This document shows, piece after piece, positions 54,892 through 64,000 of a stretch of 64,000 nucleotides of DNA; the stretch's first letter is position 1; each line of letters begins with the position of its first letter. The notes beneath the pieces were generated by a model, which saw only the letters and a program-made list of their open reading frames with translations, was not told the DNA's origin and did not search any database. The stretch comes from an uncultured Gammaproteobacteria bacterium (GTDB taxonomy: Bacteria; Patescibacteriota; Patescibacteriia; UBA9934). Position numbers and translations under genes: made by a program. The stretch covers positions 16,896 through 80,895 of the forward strand of contig CAYFME010000001.1 of the NCBI GenBank assembly GCA_964344145.1, given 5' to 3'.

Positions 54892-56601
54892 ATGCACTGC
54901 ACATCATTTGTTTTGGCGTTGTGGAAACGTCTGCGTGATCGGGTACCTACGTCCGTCCTTTGGGGTGCGTTGTTTTTGGTCGCACTATTGCTGCTGGCAC
55001 CGCGTGATTTGAGCTGGTTGGAAATCGTTTCGTTTTTTTCGTACGCCATCTTTTTATTCTGGGTGATCTGGATGCACGCCAGCAAGCCTGGTGTAACATT
55101 AGCGAGTCTTTCTAAAACGAAGCATATCTTTCTCATCCTCCTAGTCGTTGGAGTTGTGCTCTTTGTTGTTACGCGATCGCTGCCGTTTATTCGGTTTGGA
55201 GAAACGCCTCTCGGGTATGACACAGGTTTTTACCTTCAGTATATGGAGGAAGCCTTTGCTGCAGAGAAGCCCACGCGACAGATTGCGACCTATCTTTGGA
55301 CGCCGTTACTGTGGCTGGGTATTTCGCCTATTGCGGTCCTTCACGGGTTATATGTTTTGGCGCAAGCTCTGACGCTCGGCGCCTTTTATGCTCTTGGACG
55401 GTCCATCTCATCAAAACTCGGTCGTGCCTCGGCCTATACAATGGTCTTCTTGTTTGCCTTTTCTATTGTGCAGTTTTCTGCGTATTGGTGGATGTTTTAC
55501 CAGACGCAATTTGCCGTCGCCTTTTTGGTTATGACGATCGCCTTACTGTATCGCCGCTCGCCATTGGCCTTGTTGACAGGAGCGTTTGGAGCCGCGATGC
55601 ACACGCCAACGTTTTTTGTCTTTGGCGGGGCACTGTTTTTGTATGCGGCTTTTCGGGCGATTCGGTGCAAGTTCCGTGATCTGGAACCAGAGATTTGGGC
55701 CATTTTAGGTTTAGGATTATTGGCACCCGTCGCCCTACTGGTATTGCGTGGCCCAACGTATGTCCTGGATCAGTTGGAAAACATCGCGCATTATAAATTT
55801 CTTGCAACCAATTTTCCTGAATTTAAGATTCAAGAAATGTTGGGACTCTTTCTTCCGCCGTCTGTTTTTCGTATTGCCAGCATGATGCTCACGCCATGGG
55901 CTTTGATCGGTATTCTGTTGTACCTGCGTCCGACGAAGGAATTGCGATCTGATCCCGCGTGGCGGCTTCGCATGACGCCATTTTTCATCATGTTTGTGAT
56001 TCTCATGTTCCTCTCATCGTTCCCATTTGTCTATCAGCACCGGTACTTCATTTATCTGAGCTTGGCCATGATTGTCTTTTCGGCATATCCCATCCTTCTT
56101 CTCGTGCGCTATATGGCAACAACGCGCACGGGCTATGGGATGCTCGCGGTCTTTGCCGTTGGGATGTTGACGTATTCGCTGGCGGTGACGGCGCATCAGC
56201 GTCCCCAGATGTATGCGGACGAAGTGGCGGAGCTGCGGGCGATTAATGAGGATCCGCGCGCCCAAGATGCTGTGGTGATGGCGCCACACCCGCTTTACAC
56301 GCCATGGGTGGGAGCGTTTTCCGAGCATACCGTGGCAGCTCCTGGGTACTATTACAATTTATGGCGCATGGACCAATGGGCAGAAATGTGGGTTGGTTCT
56401 GATGATGTGCGCCGTCATGAACTTCTGCGCATGTATTATGTGCCCGTGTATGTTTTTGTCGGAACATGGATTGAAGAGGGAGATATGACCGACTTCTTTT
56501 ACACAGATCCGCTTGTAGAGCAGGTGAGTCCACACATATTTCGATATGATACACACGACAGGTCTCTTGACGAGATTCGCAAAATTTTAGAATCGTATTA
56601 A
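54892..56601 (+). CDS. polytopic membrane protein with soluble C-terminal domain (GT-C/ligase-like candidate)
   Basis: About 12 predicted TM segments over 440 aa plus ~130 aa hydrophilic tail. No motif recognised. Confidence 0.4.
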   Translation: MHCTSFVLALWKRLRDRVPTSVLWGALFLVALLLLAPRDLSWLEIVSFFSYAIFLFWVIWMHASKPGVTLASLSKTKHIFLILLVVGVVLFVVTRSLPFIRFGETPLGYDTGFYLQYMEEAFAAEKPTRQIATYLWTPLLWLGISPIAVLHGLYVLAQALTLGAFYALGRSISSKLGRASAYTMVFLFAFSIVQFSAYWWMFYQTQFAVAFLVMTIALLYRRSPLALLTGAFGAAMHTPTFFVFGGALFLYAAFRAIRCKFRDLEPEIWAILGLGLLAPVALLVLRGPTYVLDQLENIAHYKFLATNFPEFKIQEMLGLFLPPSVFRIASMMLTPWALIGILLYLRPTKELRSDPAWRLRMTPFFIMFVILMFLSSFPFVYQHRYFIYLSLAMIVFSAYPILLLVRYMATTRTGYGMLAVFAVGMLTYSLAVTAHQRPQMYADEVAELRAINEDPRAQDAVVMAPHPLYTPWVGAFSEHTVAAPGYYYNLWRMDQWAEMWVGSDDVRRHELLRMYYVPVYVFVGTWIEEGDMTDFFYTDPLVEQVSPHIFRYDTHDRSLDEIRKILESY

Positions 56602-56625
56602 TAAGATGGGAAAGATAGGAAGGCT

Positions 56626-56955
56626 ATGACTTGGATTGAAATGATACTAGGGGCGACTGTTGTCTTATTTGTTCCTGGTTGGGCCATCACCGCACTCCTA
56701 TATCCCATGTGGAAGTGTCGGTCATGTGAACAATGGTGGCTGGGACTTGGGTTGAATGGTTGGGTTGAACGTGGTGTCACGGCGATTCTCCTTTCCATCA
56801 TCACCTCGACCGCCATTGTCTTTATCCATTTGACATTCTTTTCTCTTGATCGTGAAAATCTCGTTCTTTCGTACTTCACCGTGACGAGTGTTTTATTGCT
56901 GTTGGTTGCATTACGATACGCCTGGCACTGTTTTCGCCACGCAGCGAGAGGGTAA
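56626..56955 (+). CDS. small membrane protein
   Basis: 109 aa, three hydrophobic helices. Follows the large membrane protein. Confidence 0.35.
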   Translation: MTWIEMILGATVVLFVPGWAITALLYPMWKCRSCEQWWLGLGLNGWVERGVTAILLSIITSTAIVFIHLTFFSLDRENLVLSYFTVTSVLLLLVALRYAWHCFRHAARG

Positions 56956-57052
56956 CGCTGTGGATAAAGCCTAAGGCTCGTTGAAGAAAAGTGCTAGAAT
57001 GCATCATATCGGTGTTAGATCCATTCAAAAGAAACCTAGACATGTTAAATGT

Positions 57053-58471
57053 ATGAGTAAAAAAGATCGTGGTCTATTTGGTGCCGGGGCACTGTCCATG
57101 CTAGATGGTAAGCAACGAACCGTCCTCCAGGGAGTTATTGGAGTGGCTGTTTTCGTTGTATTCACATTACTTACCCTCCAGAGCGTTCAGGCTCTTAACC
57201 AAATCGCCGGTTACTACGGTTACTACAACGGAACGTATGCGTACAACAACGCTACGACGTCATCTGACGCGCTCCCAAGTGCGCCGACTAGCTTGAGCGT
57301 GAGCCAGGCAGTGACCGCGGCAACGGTGAGCTGGACAGCCCCTACGACGACGACGGATGCCACCTCTTTGGACAACCTTGAGGAATACACGATTGCATAC
57401 GACACGAGCTCCATTACAGACTGTACGGATGGAACATCGACAGACACAGATTCCACGACGGCGTCCTATAGCTTGACGGGTCTCACCGCGAACACAACCT
57501 ACTATGTCGCTGTTTGTGCGAAGGATGATAATAAAAACCGTGGATTGTCATTGACAGGATCGTTCACCACCAACGCATCGACGACCAGCAGCGGAGGTGG
57601 CGGCGGAGGAGGAGGATCCACCAGTAGTGACGACTCATCAGATGATTCAGACGATTCGGACGACGACTCGGTAGCCGTTGAAGAGGGTGAGAGCGACACA
57701 TCTTCCTACGAAGTTGGAACAGCTACACCAGTCACCGTTGGATCCGCTAGCCACACGGTTACTGTGAGCGAGGCAACGGAAGAGTCATGTACGTTGACCA
57801 TCGAATCTGATCCAATTGAAATCACCGTTGCAAACGGCGAGTACGAAGATGTAGATACAGACAGCGACGGTATCGACGACGTCCGCGTGCAGTACGACGG
57901 ACTCGACGACGACGGAAATCCGCAGCTCACCATTACAGCCCTTGAAGTATCAATGGAGTGTGAGATGCCAAGTGGTACAGGAACATCGCCTGTCAGCGGA
58001 GACGAAGAGGAGATCACGGACGTTGAGGCAGGAGACTTTATCAAGTCAGACAGCTACTCAACGGTCTACCAAGTGACAGCAGACTGCGGACGCCGCGTGT
58101 TCATGGACGAGAAGACCTACTTCACATGGCAGGATGACTTCGACAGCCTTGTGACGGTCACGGACGCAACACTCGCAGAGCTCTCGCTTGAAGGAGTGAT
58201 GCTACCAAAGGCAGGTGTGGTACTCGTGAAGATTCAATCAGATCCAAAGGTCTATGCCCTAGGTGATGGCTCAACCTACACACCGGACTTGCAGTGGGTC
58301 ACCTCAGAGGACGTTGCCATCGAGCTCTTCGGAGACGATTGGGCAGACTACGTCATCGATGTCGAACCAACGTTCTTCACCAAGTTCGGAGACGGCGACG
58401 ACATCGAAGATGCAGACGACTTCGATGCAGATACCGACAAGATGAAGAAGCGAGATGATCTCTCAGGATAA
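57053..58471 (+). CDS. secreted/cell-surface protein: signal-anchor, S/T-rich FN3-like domain, poly-Gly and acidic D/S tract
   Basis: Signal-anchor LQGVIGVAVFVVFTLLTLQSVQA. PTSLSVSQAVTAATVSWTAPTTTT...TYYVAVCAKDD (FN3-like). GGGGGGGGSTSSDDSSDDSDDSDDDS. Start uncertain (TTG at 56981 also possible). Confidence 0.55.
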   Translation: MSKKDRGLFGAGALSMLDGKQRTVLQGVIGVAVFVVFTLLTLQSVQALNQIAGYYGYYNGTYAYNNATTSSDALPSAPTSLSVSQAVTAATVSWTAPTTTTDATSLDNLEEYTIAYDTSSITDCTDGTSTDTDSTTASYSLTGLTANTTYYVAVCAKDDNKNRGLSLTGSFTTNASTTSSGGGGGGGGSTSSDDSSDDSDDSDDDSVAVEEGESDTSSYEVGTATPVTVGSASHTVTVSEATEESCTLTIESDPIEITVANGEYEDVDTDSDGIDDVRVQYDGLDDDGNPQLTITALEVSMECEMPSGTGTSPVSGDEEEITDVEAGDFIKSDSYSTVYQVTADCGRRVFMDEKTYFTWQDDFDSLVTVTDATLAELSLEGVMLPKAGVVLVKIQSDPKVYALGDGSTYTPDLQWVTSEDVAIELFGDDWADYVIDVEPTFFTKFGDGDDIEDADDFDADTDKMKKRDDLSG

Positions 58472-58480
58472 GTAGATAAT

Positions 58481-60391
<1,911 letters not shown>

Positions 60392-60419
60392 GTGAATTGA
60401 ATTCTGATATAATTGTCTC

Positions 60420-60794
60420 ATGTCCACATTTCTTCTTGGACTACGCTATTTCTTCCTCGATTTGGTCGGCGGTATTTTGCGCTGGCCGCTTTGGTGGTAC
60501 ACGCAGGGATTGGCGTTTATGGTCCGATGGGCCGTCGGCACGATTAAAGGGTACTCACGTACGCTCGCCATTCGCGTGTGGATCAAGAATATTTTTGTGC
60601 CGATGTTTGGCATGTATGACTGGCAGAGTCGGTTGATTAGTTTCTTCATGCGCGTCGTGCAGATCATCGGACGGTCTATCGCCTTGGTGATCTTTGTGTT
60701 TGTGGCTTTGTTCGCCCTGGCGATCTATGTGTTGATTTTGCCAACGACTGTTGGATTTGCAGCGTATCATTTCATGGGAGCCCTGGTGACATAG
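60420..60794 (+). CDS. small membrane protein
   Basis: 124 aa, three or four hydrophobic helices. Stop is 2 nt before the ClpC-like gene start. Confidence 0.4.
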   Translation: MSTFLLGLRYFFLDLVGGILRWPLWWYTQGLAFMVRWAVGTIKGYSRTLAIRVWIKNIFVPMFGMYDWQSRLISFFMRVVQIIGRSIALVIFVFVALFALAIYVLILPTTVGFAAYHFMGALVT

Positions 60795-60795
60795 T

Positions 60796-63480
60796 ATGGA
60801 AGACCTTCTTAAACAAATGGATGCTCTTCCGCCACAGAATGCGCCCGTGGCTGAGCCAGAGTCGATGGAGGGGTACGCTGGTCTTGTGATCAATGGCCAG
60901 TTTTGGCATTGGAAGGAACCAATGACTGAGCCATCCATTGCGTTGCGCAAAGTACGGGACAGGATTCAAAAGCTGATCAACATTGTGACTGTTGCCGTGG
61001 CACTTGGTTCACTTGTTCTTTTCGTACTGCTTGTTGGCCTGTCTGAGGATGCTGCAGAGATCATTACGGCCGAGTATTGGGTTGAGCCGCACTTTGGTCC
61101 ATTTGCTCTCTGGCTGGTGCTTTGTTGTTTGCTGTTCTTGTTCTATCGCGTGCAAGACAAGAAGCTGCGCGTGAAGACGATTCCACAGCAAAAAGAAGGA
61201 CCGGTGGCTGAAGTGCAGACGGTTCCGTCGCTTGATAGTTTGGAAAAGAAGCAGAATGTTGCTCGTGTGCTGACAGCGGATGCGCGCGAATCGCTTGAAG
61301 AAGCGTACCAGCTCGCACGAAAGAGTGGACAGGCTCAGGTGAGTCCATTGCACGTGTTCTTGGGGACACTCTCGAGTCCTGGTGTAAGTTTGTTGTTCAT
61401 GCGTCTCGGATTAACGTTTGATCAGATGAAAGGCGCTCTGCGCCGTCGACTTGGAACGCTGCCGCAGGGAAATGCACAGTTCGGCGTGCAAGCACAGGAG
61501 ATCGTGGCAAAGGGTCTACGTAATGCTGTGATTCACGAGCGTCCGCGTTTGAGTTCCGTTGAGTTGTTCATCGAGTCGTACAATTCCGACGAGTTTTTAC
61601 AGGAGTTGTTGTTCTCGCTGGAGGTGGAGCGACAGGAGCTTGAAAATGCGGTGATGTGGATCCGTATTAATGATGAATTGCGTGAGCGCTATCAAGAGTT
61701 TCGAGCGGCAGCATCGTTCAAGCCAACGAAGAACATGAACCGCGCTTATACGGCCGTGGCAACGCCGTTCTTGGACAAAGTCTCGCGCGATCTCACGCGT
61801 GCGGCTGTCTATGGTCGTTTGCCAATGCTCATTGGTCGTGATCGTGAGATACGTGAGATCATGCGCGCGATTGAAGGTGGAAACAAGAGCGTTGTCCTTG
61901 TTGGGCCGCACGGCGTTGGAAAGGATGCGGTTGTTGCGGGTATTGCTCAGCTCATGGTTGAAGAGAAGGTGCCAAAGATTTTGCAAGATAAGCGGCTTGT
62001 CAGCCTGTCGATTCCACACATCGTGAGCGCGCAAGGTGGGTCGGGCGCCGAGGAACGATTGCTTTATGCCCTGCAAGAGATCGGCCGTTCTGGAAACATC
62101 GTGACGGTCATTGAGAACATCGATCAGATCGTCGGATCGTCTGGCGGTGTTGATCTCTCAGCCGTGCTGTCATCGGAGCTCGAGAAGGGATATACGTTTG
62201 TGATCGGAACGTCTACACCACAGGGCTACACCGGTTTGATTGAACGTTCTGTGTTGAATCAGCGACTCGAAAAGATCATTATCGAGGAGCCTGAGCGCAA
62301 CGATGCGATTCAGGTGCTTGAGTCAAAGATCGGTGGTGTGGAGAACAAGAACAAGGTTGTTTTCACGTATCCAGCGGTCGCAGCACTTGTGGATCTTTCG
62401 AGCCGTTACATGCACGATAGCTATCTTCCGGAAAAAGCGATTGTGCTTGCAGCAGAGGTTGCCAACTCGGTTGCAAAGCGTGGCGGAGAGTGGAACCGCG
62501 TGATGCCTGAAGACGTGGCGTCGATTGTTTCCGAGAAGACGAAGATTCCTATCACACAAGTCGGTCAAGAAGAAGGTCAGAAGCTGTTGAACCTTGAAGA
62601 GCGCATGCACGAGCGCATCATCGGCCAAGAGGAGGCGGTGAAGGCGGTTGCGGCGGCGCTTCGACGCGCGCGCGTTGAGCTACGGTCAAAAGATCGGCCA
62701 ATTGCGAACTTCTTGTTCTTAGGACCTACCGGTGTTGGTAAAACCGAGCTTGCCAAGACAACGGCAGAGGTGTACTTCGGCAGCGAGACGAACATGCTGC
62801 GCTTTGACATGTCTGAGTATCAAGACAAGGCGTCAGTGTATCGGTTGATTGGTAGTTCGGGAGAAGGCGGGCTTCTCACTGAGGCCGTGCGCCAGAATCC
62901 ATTTGCTCTGCTGTTGCTCGATGAGCTTGAAAAGGCCCATCCAGATATTTTGAACCTCTTCTTGCAGGTCATGGATGACGGACGACTCACCGATGGTGCA
63001 GGCCGCACGATCGACTTTACGAACGTTATCTTGATCTCCACGTCAAACGCAGGGACGCAGTATATTCAGGACGAGGTTGGCAATGGGACGGATCTTGCAA
63101 CGATTCGTGAGCACTTGATGAATAATGAGTTGAAGCAGGTCTACCGTCCTGAGTTCCTCAACCGTTTTGATGGCGTGATGGTCTTCAAGCCACTGTCACC
63201 TGAGGATGTTGTTGCCATTGCCTACCTGATGATCAATAAAGTTGCTCAACGATTGGAAGCAAAAGGTATTTCATTCCGTGCTTCGGATGAGGCTGTCCAC
63301 GAGTTGGCGGTGAAGGGCTATGATGTGAAGTTCGGTGCGCGTCCACTGCGTCGCGTGATTCAGGATACGGTTGATAACTCTATCGCTGAGTTCTTATTGC
63401 AAGGGAAGGTTGGTCGACGTGATACGCTTGTGCTCGGTCAGGGTGGGGCGATTGAAGTTGAGAAGGCGGCTGAGCTTTAG
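60796..63480 (+). CDS. membrane-anchored ClpC/ClpB-family AAA+ ATPase with degenerate D1 domain
   Basis: Two N-terminal TM helices, Clp_N-like repeat (LARKSGQAQVSPLHVFLGTL). D1 Walker A reads GPHGVGKDAV (Thr->Asp) and D1 Walker-B position reads VTVIENIDQI (no DE). D2 is canonical: GPTGVGKTELAKT, LLLLDELEKAHPD, sensor-2 GARPLRR. Confidence 0.8.
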   Translation: MEDLLKQMDALPPQNAPVAEPESMEGYAGLVINGQFWHWKEPMTEPSIALRKVRDRIQKLINIVTVAVALGSLVLFVLLVGLSEDAAEIITAEYWVEPHFGPFALWLVLCCLLFLFYRVQDKKLRVKTIPQQKEGPVAEVQTVPSLDSLEKKQNVARVLTADARESLEEAYQLARKSGQAQVSPLHVFLGTLSSPGVSLLFMRLGLTFDQMKGALRRRLGTLPQGNAQFGVQAQEIVAKGLRNAVIHERPRLSSVELFIESYNSDEFLQELLFSLEVERQELENAVMWIRINDELRERYQEFRAAASFKPTKNMNRAYTAVATPFLDKVSRDLTRAAVYGRLPMLIGRDREIREIMRAIEGGNKSVVLVGPHGVGKDAVVAGIAQLMVEEKVPKILQDKRLVSLSIPHIVSAQGGSGAEERLLYALQEIGRSGNIVTVIENIDQIVGSSGGVDLSAVLSSELEKGYTFVIGTSTPQGYTGLIERSVLNQRLEKIIIEEPERNDAIQVLESKIGGVENKNKVVFTYPAVAALVDLSSRYMHDSYLPEKAIVLAAEVANSVAKRGGEWNRVMPEDVASIVSEKTKIPITQVGQEEGQKLLNLEERMHERIIGQEEAVKAVAAALRRARVELRSKDRPIANFLFLGPTGVGKTELAKTTAEVYFGSETNMLRFDMSEYQDKASVYRLIGSSGEGGLLTEAVRQNPFALLLLDELEKAHPDILNLFLQVMDDGRLTDGAGRTIDFTNVILISTSNAGTQYIQDEVGNGTDLATIREHLMNNELKQVYRPEFLNRFDGVMVFKPLSPEDVVAIAYLMINKVAQRLEAKGISFRASDEAVHELAVKGYDVKFGARPLRRVIQDTVDNSIAEFLLQGKVGRRDTLVLGQGGAIEVEKAAEL

Positions 63481-63509
63481 TTGACAAGCGGAAGCAATTC
63501 CGCTAAGGT
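63481..63509 (+). promoter_or_regulatory. candidate sigma70 promoter
   Basis: TTGACA (63481-63486), 17-nt spacer, TAAGGT (63504-63509). An alternative TACAAT lies 8 nt further on. Confidence 0.4.
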
Positions 63510-63894
63510 AGGCGTACAATTTCCGTGGGATAACAGAGATTCCTCCATTTCGCATCGCGACGTTTGTCGTGCAGCGAAATGGGGGAGTTTGTTCTTTAAG
63601 GGAGTGTTTAGTGAGCGAAGAAGCGTCGACGAAGGAGGAGAAAGAGAGGGGGAAGGAGGAAGAGCCCAAGCTCATGGTCTCAGTCGCTCAGCTTATCAGG
63701 GAGGGATGGTGTCTGACCGCTTGCTGGTCCCCTGATGTTCAAGAGGAGCGAGGTCGATGGGCTCGCCAATTCCGAGCCGCCCGCCCGGTTGACGGTTCAC
63801 CAGAGGGGTCCTGGTAATTTAGGACACTTCCTTACCAACACGGAGGCTGTGTGCAGAAATCGCAGATGATTTGAGCTAGGCGCGTTTAGCTAGA

Positions 63895-63927
63895 GACCGC
63901 ACCCTCGCGTGCGGTCGTTGCTTTTGT
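63895..63927 (+). terminator. rho-independent terminator
   Basis: GACCGCAC-cctcgc-GTGCGGTC followed by GTTGCTTTTGT. Confidence 0.55.
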
Positions 63928-63943
63928 GCTAGACTGTACACAT

Positions 63944-64000
63944 TATGCCGACTTGGTGGATTTATCCGGTTATTGCCAGCTTTTTGTTGTCATTGATTTT
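63944..64000 (+). CDS. 5' end of a membrane-protein gene running off the window
   Basis: ATG followed by MPTWWIYPVIASFLLSLIF, a hydrophobic N-terminus open to the window edge. Too short to be sure. Confidence 0.25.

Noticed and set aside
57580-57680. Poly-Gly and (DDS)n DNA repeats (ggaggtggcggcggaggaggagga ... gatgattcagacgattcggacgacgac) as a possible CRISPR-like or tandem-repeat locus
   Set aside because: The repeats are short, in frame and translate to a Gly linker and an acidic tract inside a continuous surface-protein ORF. There is no repeat-spacer periodicity.
63540-63900. Possible RNase P RNA or other classic housekeeping ncRNA, because GGAGGAAGAGCCCAAGCUCAUGG vaguely recalls the P4 GAGGAAAGUCCGGGCUCCAUAGG region
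   Set aside because: The other universally conserved RNase P blocks (GGUAACGCC, AAGGGUGAAA, ACAGAACCCGGCUUA) are not present. SRP RNA and tmRNA hallmarks are also absent. Kept only as an unspecified candidate transcript.

Overview
This window is almost entirely a single, very compact, plus-strand cell-surface glycopolymer biosynthesis locus running from base 2 to about 56.6 kb. All calls come from reading motifs in the supplied translations and the DNA by eye; no searches were run. At least 15 gene junctions are ATGA start/stop overlaps. The locus encodes nucleotide-sugar dehydrogenases and epimerases, DegT-type aminotransferases, a PIG-L de-N-acetylase and a sugar N-formyltransferase. It has two NeuB-family ulosonic-acid synthases and three CMP-sugar-synthetase-type cytidylyltransferases (SpsF/PseF-like, NeuA-like, KdsB-like). 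It also has a LicC-like nucleotidyltransferase, a LicD-like phosphotransferase and three TagF-like polymerase candidates. Ordinary glycosyltransferases (GT2 x3, GT4 x2) and several methyltransferases (FkbM, TylF, class I) are present. A Wzx/Wzy-type endgame is suggested by a PglC-like initiating transferase, a PglF/CapD-like dehydratase, Wzy-like and Wzz-like proteins and an MsbA-like ABC exporter. A split transketolase sits inside the locus. Several enzymes are unusual fusions: DegT-SDR, FAD-oxidoreductase-NeuB, LicD-glycerate-2-kinase and GT2-Zn-ADH. Next to glycerate-metabolism-like neighbours, these suggest a possibly undescribed phosphoglycerate-type glycan decoration. The locus is interrupted by small islets of atypical composition. 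A high-GC islet carries two coupled small membrane proteins. An AT-rich Panacea(DUF4065)-RelE/ParE-like module and an AT-rich HicBA module are present. A second high-GC islet has a strong promoter, a long leader, a TTG-start orphan gene and a GC hairpin. A stand-alone AT-rich NYN-domain gene follows it. The 3' end has an S/T-rich FN3 surface protein (a possible glycosylation target), tgt, and an IS200-like Y1 transposase flanked by three copies of a 20-bp repeat. Beyond that lie a membrane-anchored ClpC-like ATPase with a degenerate first ATPase domain, and a promoter-to-terminator purine-rich transcript of unknown function. No rRNA, tRNA or CRISPR array was recognised.
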